DNA of 64,000 nucleotides. It comes from Acidobacteriota bacterium (GTDB lineage Bacteria > Acidobacteriota > UBA890 > WLXD01). Positions 37,116 to 47,399 of this stretch are shown one piece after another. Position 1 is the stretch's first letter. Every line of letters begins with the position of its first letter. The notes beneath the pieces are model-generated. The model was not told the DNA's origin. It made no database searches and saw only the letters and a list, made by a program, of their open reading frames with translations. The DNA lies in the NCBI GenBank assembly GCA_965248695.1, contig CBDFKD010000002.1:1280001-1344000 (forward strand), read 5' to 3'. The translations under genes and the position numbers were made by a program.

Positions 37116-37997
37116 ATGACAGACGAAACGCACGACGAAGTGCACGACCTGAAGGAGCCGAAAACTCCGCGTCTTTGGACCATTGGCCTGCTCGTCGTCT
37201 TGCTGGCAGCGCTGGTGGTGTTCGTCTTCCTGCGCATGCAGGAGGTGGAGAACCGCATGGCCGCTCTAGGAGACGACGTCGGCGAAGCTCGGGATCGCGC
37301 CGCGCAGGCGACACGTCGCGCTCGCGAAGCGGAGGAGGCCGCGGCCGCGGCCGGCGTTCTCGTCGGCGAGGCCAAGGAGCGCGCCGACGACGAGGCGGCA
37401 GCGCGCGCCGCCGCCGAGGAGTCTCGGCTGGCGGCCGAAAGCGAGGCAGATTTCGCCTACCAGCGTGCCGATCTGGCCGAGGATGCTGCCCGCCAGGCCC
37501 AAGCGGAGGCCGATCAAATTCGCGCCCAACGGGATGCCGAAATGTCGCGCCTGCAGGACGCCCTCGGGCAGATTGCCGACACCCAGCGCACGGCAGTCGG
37601 GCTGGTCATGAACCTCGGTGAGGACACCATCAACTTCGAGTTCGACAAGGCGGATCTCAAGCCCGAGGACCGCGAGCTGCTCAGCCGCATCGTCGGCGTG
37701 CTGATGACCGCCGGCGGCTACCGCCTTCATGTATTCGGCCACACTGACGATGTCGGCAGCCGCGGCTACAACCAGACTCTGTCGGAGCGTCGCGCCGCCG
37801 CCGTCTTCGACTATCTCGTGTCGGCGGGGCTCGATTCGGACATCCTAACCATGCAGGGCTTCGGCAAGACGCAGCCGCTTGCCGAGGGCACCAGCGAGGA
37901 AGCCCGCGCCCGCAACCGGCGCGTCGAGCTCGGCATCATCGACACGGTGGTCAACTACAGCACCGAAGCACCACCGATCGACAGGCAGCAGCGATAG
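37116..37997 (+). CDS. TM + coiled-coil + OmpA peptidoglycan-binding domain protein
   Basis: FEFDKADL, GHTDDVG, NQTLSERRA and NRRVE. Confidence 0.92.
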   Translation: MTDETHDEVHDLKEPKTPRLWTIGLLVVLLAALVVFVFLRMQEVENRMAALGDDVGEARDRAAQATRRAREAEEAAAAAGVLVGEAKERADDEAAARAAAEESRLAAESEADFAYQRADLAEDAARQAQAEADQIRAQRDAEMSRLQDALGQIADTQRTAVGLVMNLGEDTINFEFDKADLKPEDRELLSRIVGVLMTAGGYRLHVFGHTDDVGSRGYNQTLSERRAAAVFDYLVSAGLDSDILTMQGFGKTQPLAEGTSEEARARNRRVELGIIDTVVNYSTEAPPIDRQQR

Positions 37998-38001
37998 CTG
38001 C

Positions 38002-38034
38002 CTAGCAGGCCGTGGTGGAAGTGTGGCCTGCTAG
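38002..38034. mobile_element. Minimal MITE derivative (33 bp)
   Basis: CTAGCAGGCCGTGGTGGAAGTGTGGCCTGCTAG between convergent genes; contains the stop of 38031..39176. Confidence 0.75.
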
Positions 38035-39176
38035 CCGCAGTACTCGATCGCCGCTTGGGTCAGCGTGGTGCTCAGCTTCTCGACGGAGTCCAACTCGACC
38101 CACTCGACGGCGGCGTGGGCGCCGTGGCCGGTGTGGCCGAAGACCGCCGTATCGATACCGGCAGCGGCCAGGAAGGCGGCATCCATCCAGTAGGGAAAGC
38201 CGAGACGGTTCGGCGGCTCGCCGAGAACCCGACCTGCAGCCTCCGAGACCACCTCAACGATCCTGGAATCAGCGAGCGCCTCGAAGGCCGGCCGTTCGAG
38301 CACCAGTCGCGCGGTTCCGGTCAGCTCGGAAGAAGGCGTGTCGAGGCGGCCAAGCAGGACTTCGACGTCGTCGAGAGCCAGCTGGCCGCTCTCCCCGGGA
38401 AGCAAACGACGCTCGATTTGCGCCACGGATCGCGCCGCGTAGGTGCTCCAGCCAGTGCCGCCCTCGACTCGCGCCACGTGCATCGATCCGGGCCCGAGTG
38501 CTGGATGCGGCGCACGCTGTCGGATCTCGCGCTCGAGCCCCGCCAGATGCGCCAGCAGCTCGCCCATACGCAGGTTGGCGTCGACGCCGTGCTCGAAGAG
38601 GGCGCCGTGCGCGGCAACCCCGGGCACCTCGATCTCGACCCAGGCGAACCCTTTGTGGGCCACACCCAGCTGCAGCTCGGTGGGCTCGGTAACGATCGCG
38701 GCGTCGGCACCGAACTGCTCGAGCACCGCCTGCATGCCGACGCTGGCCTCCTCCTCGTCGGCCACCGCCACCACCAGGACGTCGCCCGCCAGGTCAGCGT
38801 CCATGTCACTCAGCGCCTTTGCTGCGGTGACGCACGCGGCAAGCCCCGCCTTCATGTCGTAGGCGCCGCGACCGTACAGCCGCCCATCCTCCACGACGGG
38901 ATGGAACGGCTGCACCATTTCCTCCACGCCGGCGGTGTCGAGATGCGCGTAGAGCATGAGTGAGGCGCCGTCGCCGGAACCCGGCATCACGCCGACCACC
39001 GAGACTCGCCCGGGCTGCGGCTCGATCAGGTGGGTAGCCAGACCGAGCTCGTCGAGGTCAGCGGCGACGATGGCGGCGAGCGGAGCTTCAGCCCCCTGTG
39101 GATCGAACGCCGGGTTGACCGACGGCGTCGCTAGGTAGGCGCTGAGCCGATCCAACAAGTAGTCGTGGTCGATCAC
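38031..39176 (-). CDS. M20 family deacylase (ArgE/DapE-like)
   Basis: AHLDT, GRGAYDMK, DEEEAS, IVTEPT and GAHAAVEWV. Confidence 0.9.
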   Translation of the reverse strand: MIDHDYLLDRLSAYLATPSVNPAFDPQGAEAPLAAIVAADLDELGLATHLIEPQPGRVSVVGVMPGSGDGASLMLYAHLDTAGVEEMVQPFHPVVEDGRLYGRGAYDMKAGLAACVTAAKALSDMDADLAGDVLVVAVADEEEASVGMQAVLEQFGADAAIVTEPTELQLGVAHKGFAWVEIEVPGVAAHGALFEHGVDANLRMGELLAHLAGLEREIRQRAPHPALGPGSMHVARVEGGTGWSTYAARSVAQIERRLLPGESGQLALDDVEVLLGRLDTPSSELTGTARLVLERPAFEALADSRIVEVVSEAAGRVLGEPPNRLGFPYWMDAAFLAAAGIDTAVFGHTGHGAHAAVEWVELDSVEKLSTTLTQAAIEYCG

Positions 39177-41014
39177 TAGCTGCGCGCCGTCGGTGTCATC
39201 GTCGTCTGGTGGCGTTCGCCGTCGCGCAGGAACACGATTTCGAGCGGCTCACCTACCTTCACCGCGTCGAGCGCGTAGGTGTAGTCGTAGATGTTGGCGA
39301 TCGTCTGTCCGCCGAACTCGACGATGACGTCGCCGGCCCGCAATCCCGCTGCCTCCGCCGGCCCTCCCTCGATAACGCCGCCCAGAAGCAGGCCCTCGAT
39401 GTCGGAGGCGTAGTCGGGAATCGTGCCGGTGAACGCCCGAACGGTGTCGCGACTCCCCTGCTGCTCGGTGCGTGTCTGCTGCACGGCCACGAACTGCGGG
39501 GCGGGTTCGAGGTTGCTCACGTTCTGGGCGACGAGCGCGCCGAGGTGAGCGACGCGTGCCAGATCCTCGATGTTGAGCAGCTCGGCATCGTCACTCGGGC
39601 GGTGATAGTCGGTGTGCACGTCGGTGAAGAACGCCAGAGTCGGCACGCGTGCCTGGTTGAACGAGCTCGAGTCGGTCGGCAGATAGGGGTTATCGTCCAT
39701 CTTGATGTCGAAGCCGACGACGATGTTGCTGCGCTCGATGAGGCCCGGCCATTCGGCACTGCTGCCGACCGCCTGCACCACCAGCTGGTTGTCCTTGGCG
39801 CGGCCCACCATGTCGAAGTTGAGGTTGGCGGCCACCTGCTCCATCGACAGCACATCGCCGCGGGCGAAATCGCGCGAGCCGATGGTGCCGAGCTCCTCCC
39901 CCGACCAGAACGCCAGCGCCACGTTGCGGCCCCGTCGCAACTCTGCAAGTCGAGCTCCGGCGGCAAGCACAGCCGCCACGCCGGAGGCGTTGTCGTCGGC
40001 GCCGTTGTGGATCTCGCCCGCCTCAGTGTTGCCGGCCAGTGAGTTGCCGCCGAGTCCGTGGCCGAGGTGATCGTAGTGGGCTCCCAGCACCACCCAGGGG
40101 CGCTCCACACCGTCCGTCGCTTCCGATGCCGGCAGGTAACCGACGACGTTGCTGCCCTCGCCGCGCTCGCGGTGCACACGGACGCTGATCTCTGCATCCA
40201 CTCCGAGATCGAAGCCCGTTGCGTGCGGGTTGCCGGTATCGAGGTCGGCCTGCACCTCCTCGAGGTTGCGATCGGCGGCCGCGAAGATCACCTCGGTCAC
40301 GGAACCGCCGACGCTCGCGGCAACGATGCCTGAGCTTGCCGCCGCCGTGTCGAAAGTCATCCGCACCAACTCGCCAGCATTGGCCGAGCGTGGCCCGGTG
40401 ACAACCAGCAACCCGTTGGCGCCGCGCTCACGCGCCTGCATCGCCTTGTAGCGCAGGCCCGAGTAACGCGACAGGATGGCGCGCGTCTCCTGGTCAACGT
40501 CCTCCGGGATATACCGCAGCACGACGACGATCTTGTCGGTGACGTCGAGCCCGAAGTAGCTGTCGTACGGGTAGTTCTGGCTCTCCGGGATCGACAGCCC
40601 GTAGCCAGCGAACACCAGCTCACCGCTGGCTGTGGCGTCTTCGGAGAAGGACAGCGCCCGCAGCACGCCGTCGGCGGCGGAATACTCATGACCCGCGGCG
40701 TTGAGCCGACTGCCCGCATCCGTGATCCCGGCGGTGAACTCGAACGGCAACCGATAACCGTCGGCCCCGGGCAACGGCTTGGCGCCGAGCTGTCGCAACT
40801 GCTCGATCAGATAGTCGGCGGCCTGCGAGGCGCCCTCGGTGCCGGTCAGTCGACCTTCCAGGGCGTCCGAGGCCAGGTAGTCGACGTGTCGGCGAATCGC
40901 ATCCTCGCCATGCATGGCGCCAGCGGTCTGCTGCCCTTGTGCCAGCGTGGCACTACACAGCAGCAAGCCGACGCCGACGAGTGCCCGCGGGCGCGATCCG
41001 GGACTCATGCTCAT
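39176..41014 (-). CDS. Exported M28 peptidase with PA and PDZ domains
   Basis: GAHYDHLG, NGADDNASG, FWSGEELG, NFDMVGR, YHRPSD and C-terminal PDZ (GTIPDY, GPAEAAGLRAGD). Confidence 0.92.
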   Translation of the reverse strand: MSMSPGSRPRALVGVGLLLCSATLAQGQQTAGAMHGEDAIRRHVDYLASDALEGRLTGTEGASQAADYLIEQLRQLGAKPLPGADGYRLPFEFTAGITDAGSRLNAAGHEYSAADGVLRALSFSEDATASGELVFAGYGLSIPESQNYPYDSYFGLDVTDKIVVVLRYIPEDVDQETRAILSRYSGLRYKAMQARERGANGLLVVTGPRSANAGELVRMTFDTAAASSGIVAASVGGSVTEVIFAAADRNLEEVQADLDTGNPHATGFDLGVDAEISVRVHRERGEGSNVVGYLPASEATDGVERPWVVLGAHYDHLGHGLGGNSLAGNTEAGEIHNGADDNASGVAAVLAAGARLAELRRGRNVALAFWSGEELGTIGSRDFARGDVLSMEQVAANLNFDMVGRAKDNQLVVQAVGSSAEWPGLIERSNIVVGFDIKMDDNPYLPTDSSSFNQARVPTLAFFTDVHTDYHRPSDDAELLNIEDLARVAHLGALVAQNVSNLEPAPQFVAVQQTRTEQQGSRDTVRAFTGTIPDYASDIEGLLLGGVIEGGPAEAAGLRAGDVIVEFGGQTIANIYDYTYALDAVKVGEPLEIVFLRDGERHQTTMTPTARS

Positions 41015-42165
41015 TGGCCGCTTTCCTCGGAGTTGTGCACTCTGGCGGGTGCGTCCGCCAGCGCAGCGAGCGCCGCCTCGTGATCCCATCGAGCGACGAA
41101 GATCTGGGAGCCCTTCTCGCCGTGACGCTGCGACGTGAACGCCAGCGTCGCGCCGTCTGGTGACGGGACCGGCAGGCCGTCGAAACCGTCCGAGTAGGTC
41201 ACCCGTACGGGCTCCTTGTCGCCAGCGATATCGACCATGTAGACCTCGAAGTTCTCGAAGCCGAGCTTGTTGGTGGAGAAGAACACGTACTGGCGCGACG
41301 GATGCACGTACGGTGCCCAGCTCATGGCGCCGAAATCGGTGAGCCGCCGCTCATCGCTGCCGTCGGGATTGGCCGAGTAAACGTCGGCCATCAGGCCCGA
41401 CGGATGGAAGCGTCGCCAAATGATGCGCGAGCCGTCATGAAAGAAGAACGGCCCGCCATCGTAGCCCGGTACGTCGGTGAGCTGGCGTTGCTCGGAGCCA
41501 TCCGAGCGCATCATCCACAGGTCGGCGAAGTAGGCCGGATCGCGCTCCAGAAGGTTCCCTTCCTCGGTGGTCAGCTCGCGCCCGTATGCATTGCGGTTCG
41601 ACGAGAACACGATCCACTCGCCGTCGGGCGAGTAGCTACCCTCGGCATCGTAGCCCCGAGCGTCGGTCAGCTGACGGGTCGTCCCGCTGGCCATGTCGGT
41701 GACGAAGATATCCATCGCCGGGTCGTAGTCCCAGGCGTAGCGTCGTTCCTGCCCCGAGGCGCGCATGTCGAACTCCTCCTGCTGATGGCGCCTGGAGTCG
41801 GGGTCGAGGTGGGTCGAGGCATACTCCACCTCGCCGGTCACCGGGTGAACGAACGCGCACGTCGTCTTCCCATACCCCGGCGAGACGCGCTCGGTGTCGC
41901 CGGTGGCGAGATCTAGGAGGTAGATCTGATAGAACGGATTGTCGGCCTCGCGCTCGCTCTGCAGCACCATCTTGGTGCCGTCGTAGGAGTAGTAGCCCTC
42001 GCCCGAGCGCACACCGTCGTAGGTGAGCCTTCGTACGCGGCTCATCAAGCGAGCTTCGGCCGACGTGTCGTTGGCGGAGCCTTGCTGGGTGGCCGCCAGC
42101 TCGCGATCGACGAACGGCACGAGGCCGAGCAAGGCGATGAGAACGGGCAGAATGAGCTTGCGCAT
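41011..42165 (-). CDS. TolB-like PD40 beta-propeller protein
   Basis: Signal peptide MRKLILPVLIALLG; GEGYYSYDG, GYDAEGSYSPDG and GYDGGPFF; ATGA-coupled to the M28 gene. Confidence 0.88.
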   Translation of the reverse strand: MRKLILPVLIALLGLVPFVDRELAATQQGSANDTSAEARLMSRVRRLTYDGVRSGEGYYSYDGTKMVLQSEREADNPFYQIYLLDLATGDTERVSPGYGKTTCAFVHPVTGEVEYASTHLDPDSRRHQQEEFDMRASGQERRYAWDYDPAMDIFVTDMASGTTRQLTDARGYDAEGSYSPDGEWIVFSSNRNAYGRELTTEEGNLLERDPAYFADLWMMRSDGSEQRQLTDVPGYDGGPFFFHDGSRIIWRRFHPSGLMADVYSANPDGSDERRLTDFGAMSWAPYVHPSRQYVFFSTNKLGFENFEVYMVDIAGDKEPVRVTYSDGFDGLPVPSPDGATLAFTSQRHGEKGSQIFVARWDHEAALAALADAPARVHNSEESGQ

Positions 42166-42408
42166 CAAGCACCACTCGACTGGGACTCTTGGGGCGACTC
42201 GCAGCGATCGCCGCGGTCGAGCCCGCATGATACGGCGCAACCGCGCGCCTGTCTTCCTCGGAGCATCGTCTCGCCGGTCTCCGCGGATCTCCTCTGCTCG
42301 TTCCAAACTCGGCCTCACGACTGCCTCAAAACGCCCCGCACGTCCCCTGCTAAGCTCTCCTGAACAAAGCCAATCGACCCTTCGCTTCCTACCTCGGAGC
42401 CATGCACC

Positions 42409-45102
42409 ATGCACCGACGCACCCTGTCGTTGACGTTTCTGACCCTCACGATTGCGGGCATCCTGCTGTTCGCCCCGCCGGTGGGGGCCGCCGCTGCACA
42501 GCAAGCGGAAGTGCATGGTCGCGTGGTCAACGGCTTCACCCAGGAAGCGCTCGAGATTGCCACTATCGAGATCGTCGAGACGGGAGCGTCGGTCGACACC
42601 GTCGCTGACGGTCGCTACCGCCACTCGCTGCCGCCCGGCGTGTACACCCTTCGCGTGAGCCGTGACGGCTTCGTCGCCATCGAGCGCAGCTTCGTGCTCG
42701 AGGCGGGACAGAGCGTCAGCATCGACGTGGTGATGTTCCCCGAGACCCCGTCGATCGGCGAGGAAGTCGTGGTCATCGGATCTCGCGGCGAGCGTACCGT
42801 GCTGGAGACACCGGTACCGGTAGACGTGCTCGACGCCGCCGAGCTGGAACGCACCGGGCAGTCCGAAACCAGCCGCATGATCCAGTTCCTGGCCCCATCG
42901 TTCAACTTCTCCACCTCGACGATCAGCGACGGCACCGACATCGTGCGTCCGTCGACGCTGCGCGGACTGGGGCCGGATCAGACACTGGTGCTGGTGAACG
43001 GCAAGCGCCGCCACATGAGCGCACTGGTGCACGTGAACGGCTCGGTCGGTCGCGGCTCGGCGGGGGTCGACCTCAACGCCATTCCGGCGGCGGCCATCGA
43101 ACGCGTGGAGATTCTGCGCGACGGAGCCGCGGCGCAGTACGGATCGGACGCGATCGCCGGGGTGATAAACATCGTCCTCAAGGAGCGCCCTGGGGGCACG
43201 CAGGTGAAGCTGAACCTCGGGCAGATGTACCGCAGCGACGGTGAGCTGGTGCAGGCCTCGGTGAACCATGGACTGATGCTCGGGAGTCGCGGCTTCCTGA
43301 ACCTGACCGCCGATTACCGCAACCGCGGAAACACCAACCGCGCCGGACTCGACCAGCGGTCGCAGTACCTGCCACTCGCGGGCGGCGGCATCGATCCCCG
43401 CGAGGCGGGTTTTGACCGCCTCAACCATCGGTACGGCGACGCCGACTCGGAGAACTTGACCCTGTGGGCCAACGCTGAAGCAGGTGTCGGCGACACGGGC
43501 ACGCTCTACTTCTTCGGTGGGTACTCAGGGCGCAACGGAGAGTCGGCGGGCTTCTATCGGCGCGCGCTGGATGCACGTACGCGGCCGGAGATCCATCCCG
43601 ACGGGTTCCTGCCGCGGATCAACACCGAGGTTGACGATCTATCGGCGTCGGTGGGCTACCGACAGCTGCTCGGCGGCTGGAGCGTCGATACCAGCCTCAC
43701 CAGCGGCTCCAACTCCTTCGAGTTCATCATCAACAACTCCAACAATGTCTCGATGGGACCGTCCAGCCCCACGTCGGCACGCGCCGGAACGCTCAACTTC
43801 CGCCAGACGACGTTCAACTTCGACGCCTTCACCAACGTCGACTGGGGCCTGGCACACCCGGTGCAGCTCGCCGTCGGCGCCGAGGTACGACGCGACAACT
43901 ACCAGATCGAGGCCGGCGAGACAGCGTCGTGGGTCGACGGAGGCTTCCCGAACCAGTTCGCCAGCCAGGCGGCGCCGGGAATCCAGGTGTTTCCGGGCTT
44001 CCGACCCGGCAACGAGGTCGACGAGTCGCGCACCAACGTCGGTGCCTACGTCGACCTCGAGACCCAGCTGACCGACGACCTACTGCTCGCCACCGCGGTG
44101 CGGTACGAGGACTACAGCGACTTCGGCTCCTTCCTCAGCGGCAAGGTTGCGGCACGCTGGGCCCTGTCGGAGGAATTCGCTCTACGCGCCTCCGTCAACA
44201 GCGGCTTTCGCGCCCCGTCGCTGCATCAGGCCTACTTCAACAACACCAGCACCCAGTTCGTGTTCAGCGACGCCACCGATGAGCTGCTGCCGTTCGAGGT
44301 CGGCACCTTCGCCAACGGCAGCCAGGTGACCAACGCCTTCGGTGTGCCGTCGCTGCGCGAGGAAACGGCGCGCAACGTCAGCCTCGGGTTCGTCGCCCGA
44401 CCGGCGTCGAACTGGTCGCTCACCGGCGACGTGTTCTTCATCGGCATCGAGGATCGCATCGTCGTTTCGGGACAGTTCCAGGCCGAGCGCGATGCCGACG
44501 GAGAGATTCGCGCCATCCTTCAGCCCTTCGGCGTCAACGCGGCGCAGTTCTTCAGCAACGCCATCGACACCGAGACCGTCGGCGGCGACCTGGTGCTCGC
44601 CTGGTTCGACCAGATCGACCGCGACGGCAGCCTCCACGTGACCGCGGCGGCGAACTGGAACCGAACGCGCGTGGTCGGCGACGTACGTACCCCGTCGGCG
44701 CTCACCGGACTCGGTGGCACGCTGTTCAACCGCATCGAGCGCGAGCGCATCGAGAGCGCCCAGCCACGCAATCACTACCAGGTCTCGGCGCGCTACACGC
44801 GTCCGGAGATCACCGCCTTGGTGCGCGCCAACCGCTTCGGCTCGGTGAAAACCGTCGAGAGCGCCGGCAACCCGGCCCTCGACCAGGTGTTCGCCGCCAA
44901 GTGGCTGGTCGACCTGGAGCTCACCCACCCGCTGCGTCCGGGGCTCAACGTGTCCGTCGGCGCCAACAACATCTTCCACGCCTTCCCGGACGAGAACCGC
45001 CAGGAGATCTCGTTCGGCGGCATCTTCGTGTACCCACGCCGCACGGCGCCGTTTGGCTTCAACGGTGGCTTCTACTACACGCGGCTAACGTACGATTTCT
45101 GA
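42409..45102 (+). CDS. TonB-dependent receptor with N-terminal carboxypeptidase-like domain
   Basis: EEVVVIGSR, plug LRGLGPDQTLVLVNGKRRH, ERVEILRDGAAAQYGSDAIAGVINI and C-terminal Phe. Confidence 0.95.
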   Translation: MHRRTLSLTFLTLTIAGILLFAPPVGAAAAQQAEVHGRVVNGFTQEALEIATIEIVETGASVDTVADGRYRHSLPPGVYTLRVSRDGFVAIERSFVLEAGQSVSIDVVMFPETPSIGEEVVVIGSRGERTVLETPVPVDVLDAAELERTGQSETSRMIQFLAPSFNFSTSTISDGTDIVRPSTLRGLGPDQTLVLVNGKRRHMSALVHVNGSVGRGSAGVDLNAIPAAAIERVEILRDGAAAQYGSDAIAGVINIVLKERPGGTQVKLNLGQMYRSDGELVQASVNHGLMLGSRGFLNLTADYRNRGNTNRAGLDQRSQYLPLAGGGIDPREAGFDRLNHRYGDADSENLTLWANAEAGVGDTGTLYFFGGYSGRNGESAGFYRRALDARTRPEIHPDGFLPRINTEVDDLSASVGYRQLLGGWSVDTSLTSGSNSFEFIINNSNNVSMGPSSPTSARAGTLNFRQTTFNFDAFTNVDWGLAHPVQLAVGAEVRRDNYQIEAGETASWVDGGFPNQFASQAAPGIQVFPGFRPGNEVDESRTNVGAYVDLETQLTDDLLLATAVRYEDYSDFGSFLSGKVAARWALSEEFALRASVNSGFRAPSLHQAYFNNTSTQFVFSDATDELLPFEVGTFANGSQVTNAFGVPSLREETARNVSLGFVARPASNWSLTGDVFFIGIEDRIVVSGQFQAERDADGEIRAILQPFGVNAAQFFSNAIDTETVGGDLVLAWFDQIDRDGSLHVTAAANWNRTRVVGDVRTPSALTGLGGTLFNRIERERIESAQPRNHYQVSARYTRPEITALVRANRFGSVKTVESAGNPALDQVFAAKWLVDLELTHPLRPGLNVSVGANNIFHAFPDENRQEISFGGIFVYPRRTAPFGFNGGFYYTRLTYDF

Positions 45103-45135
45103 ATCCATCGGCACGGGTCAAGCACCGGAGTAACG

Positions 45136-46437
45136 ATGATCGAGCCGCGCAGGAGTACTCTGCCTCGCCAGGCGGGCGCGTTCTATTTCTTGGGTATGTC
45201 GTTGGCGGCGGCCGGTTTCTGGTTGGCTGCATCGACCGGAGCGTTGGCACAGACCCAGCTCACCGGTCAGACCACCGGCGGTGCCTACTACAACATCATG
45301 GTGCCCGACGGTTGGACCCCGTCCGCTGGGCTCGTGATCTGGAACCACGGATTCTCGCTGTCCCCGATAGCGCCTGACCCCGATCTGGGCCCGCTGCTGC
45401 AGGAACAACTGGACAACGGTTTCGCGGTCGCGGCGAGCTCACTGCGGCAAACCGGCTGGAGCCTCTTCCTTTCCGCCAAGGACATCAAGGCACTCGTCAA
45501 AGTGTTCCGCGCCAAAGTGGGTAAGCCGAAGAAGATCTTCATCACCGGTGAGTCGCTCGGCGGCATTGTCACAGCACGGGCGATCGAAGCGCGGGGCCTC
45601 GGAAACGTCGTGGGTGCCATGCCGATCTGTGGCGCAGTCGCTGGAAGCCGAGTCTGGGACGGCGGGGTCGATCTGCGCCTGCTATACGACTTCCTCTGCC
45701 AGGATGTGCCCGGCGCGGCGATCCCGGGCGGCGCCAGAGGGCTCCCCGACGAATCGAACTTCAGCGGCCAGGCGCTGGCGCTGGCGGTCAACGCTTGCAC
45801 CGGCAATCTCCTTCCACCGGCCAACCGCACACAACAGCAGCAGGCGCGGCTGGATCAGTTCCTCGAGACGACGCAGATTCCTGAGAGCTTTCTGTTGAAC
45901 GACATGGGCTTCGTCACGTTCGGAATGACGGACCTGTTCTACGACCCCCGCAAGATGGCTGGCAAGCTCGGGTACGAGAACGCCAACGTCGACTACGGCG
46001 ACCCCGCGATCAATGCGGGAATCGAGCGTGTGCAGGGGAGCAAGGGCGCACAGCGCAAGCTAACCAAGAACTACACGCCGACCGGCAAGATCGGCAAGAC
46101 CAAGATCGTCGCATTGCACACCGACAAAGACGGGTTCATGTTCGTCGAGAACGAGAGCGAATACGCCAGCAAGGTCCCGGCCGACCAGTTCACCGTCGCC
46201 GTGGTGCAGGAGCAACTCCCGTCGCATTGCGGATTCAACGATGCCGAGGTGCTGGCGCGCTGGCGTAGCCTGGTGGAGTGGGTCGACGGTGGTGATCAGC
46301 CGACGGCAACCAGCATTCAGGACCGGTGCCAAGCGATCCAATCGGACGGGTCGGCGCAGGGTCCGTGTCGAATCAACCCCGGCTTCGTAATCCCCGACCT
46401 AGACGAGCGCATCCGCCCGCGCGATCCGTCGGACTAG
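45136..46437 (+). CDS. Secreted alpha/beta-hydrolase
   Basis: Signal peptide, WNHGF, nucleophile elbow GESLGG, HTDKD and SHCGF. Confidence 0.8.
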   Translation: MIEPRRSTLPRQAGAFYFLGMSLAAAGFWLAASTGALAQTQLTGQTTGGAYYNIMVPDGWTPSAGLVIWNHGFSLSPIAPDPDLGPLLQEQLDNGFAVAASSLRQTGWSLFLSAKDIKALVKVFRAKVGKPKKIFITGESLGGIVTARAIEARGLGNVVGAMPICGAVAGSRVWDGGVDLRLLYDFLCQDVPGAAIPGGARGLPDESNFSGQALALAVNACTGNLLPPANRTQQQQARLDQFLETTQIPESFLLNDMGFVTFGMTDLFYDPRKMAGKLGYENANVDYGDPAINAGIERVQGSKGAQRKLTKNYTPTGKIGKTKIVALHTDKDGFMFVENESEYASKVPADQFTVAVVQEQLPSHCGFNDAEVLARWRSLVEWVDGGDQPTATSIQDRCQAIQSDGSAQGPCRINPGFVIPDLDERIRPRDPSD

Positions 46438-46502
46438 AGCGACGCCACGTACGCGTCTCCACCACACGAACGGTACGTCCAGGCGCTCCGAACACCCGGC
46501 CC

Positions 46503-47327
46503 CTACGCCAGCAACCCCTCGTGACGCCCCAGGAAGCCGAGCACGAACGTCGCGATGACGCCGATCCACACCGCCACGTAGACCGGTACGAAGTGGTAGC
46601 GACGTTGCAGCCACTCGGGATGCGAGATCGGCATGCCGGCGAACTTGCCGCGCGGCTTGCTGGGGAAGAAAAACGTCTTGTAGGTCTCGGTGGTGGCAAT
46701 GGTGTAGCCCAGGGCGCAGCTGGCGATCAGCAGGTAGTTGTCGGTGAAGTGGGCCAGGAGGAAGGCCCACGCGGCAGCCAGCAGCGGGCTGCGGAAGAAC
46801 TTGAGGGTCTCGAAGCCCTCCTTAGGGGCGTCCTTCCAGGCGCCACCGAAGGCGGAGATCCAGCCGCCCGCGGCGCCGATGCTGGCCACCACCAGCAGCG
46901 GATTCAGATCCGGGCCAGTCTGCTGAAAGCTCCAGATCGAGTAGGCAATGAAGATGCAGGTGGCGGCGTAGACCACCGCAACGCACAGCTGGATGGCACG
47001 GTTCTCCACCACCTTGCCGAGGACGGCGAACTGCATGGGGATGAAGTACTTCGACTGGTCCTCGACGCGCAGGAACGTTTTCCAGAACTCCAACAGCGCG
47101 CGCTCGCCGACGTAGGTGGCGCCGAAGAACACCGCGATGTTGGAGGCCAGCGTCAGGTCGAGCTGCAGCACACGGTTCAGCAGCAGCGCCGCGAGCACGC
47201 CAATCACGGTGCTGCGCAGGTACTTGGGCCAGGTGAAGCCCTCGTGGGGGGCGTCCTTGTACATCCCCCAGGTGGATGTGTGGACCCCGGAGGCAAGCCC
47301 GATCAGCACAGCGTAGAGGTCGTTCAT
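46503..47327 (-). CDS. Uncharacterised membrane protein with internal duplication
   Basis: Two halves, each with G-x-(Y/W)KDAPxEGFxxxK(Y/F)xRS and E-x-(W/Y)KTF. Confidence 0.8.
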   Translation of the reverse strand: MNDLYAVLIGLASGVHTSTWGMYKDAPHEGFTWPKYLRSTVIGVLAALLLNRVLQLDLTLASNIAVFFGATYVGERALLEFWKTFLRVEDQSKYFIPMQFAVLGKVVENRAIQLCVAVVYAATCIFIAYSIWSFQQTGPDLNPLLVVASIGAAGGWISAFGGAWKDAPKEGFETLKFFRSPLLAAAWAFLLAHFTDNYLLIASCALGYTIATTETYKTFFFPSKPRGKFAGMPISHPEWLQRRYHFVPVYVAVWIGVIATFVLGFLGRHEGLLA

Positions 47328-47337
47328 GGTGTGAATC

Positions 47338-47399
47338 CTAGCGGCCCGGTCTGACGGCCCATTCTAGCGGCTCAGTTTGGCGGCCCCGTCCTAGCGGCC
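47338..47399. repeat. Degenerate 26-27 bp tandem repeat
   Basis: CTAGCGGC at 47338, 47364 and 47391. Confidence 0.5.

Noticed and set aside
41011-43428. 805-aa minus-strand ORF
   Set aside because: The upstream half is the antisense shadow of the TonB receptor; the real gene starts at 42165 with a signal peptide.
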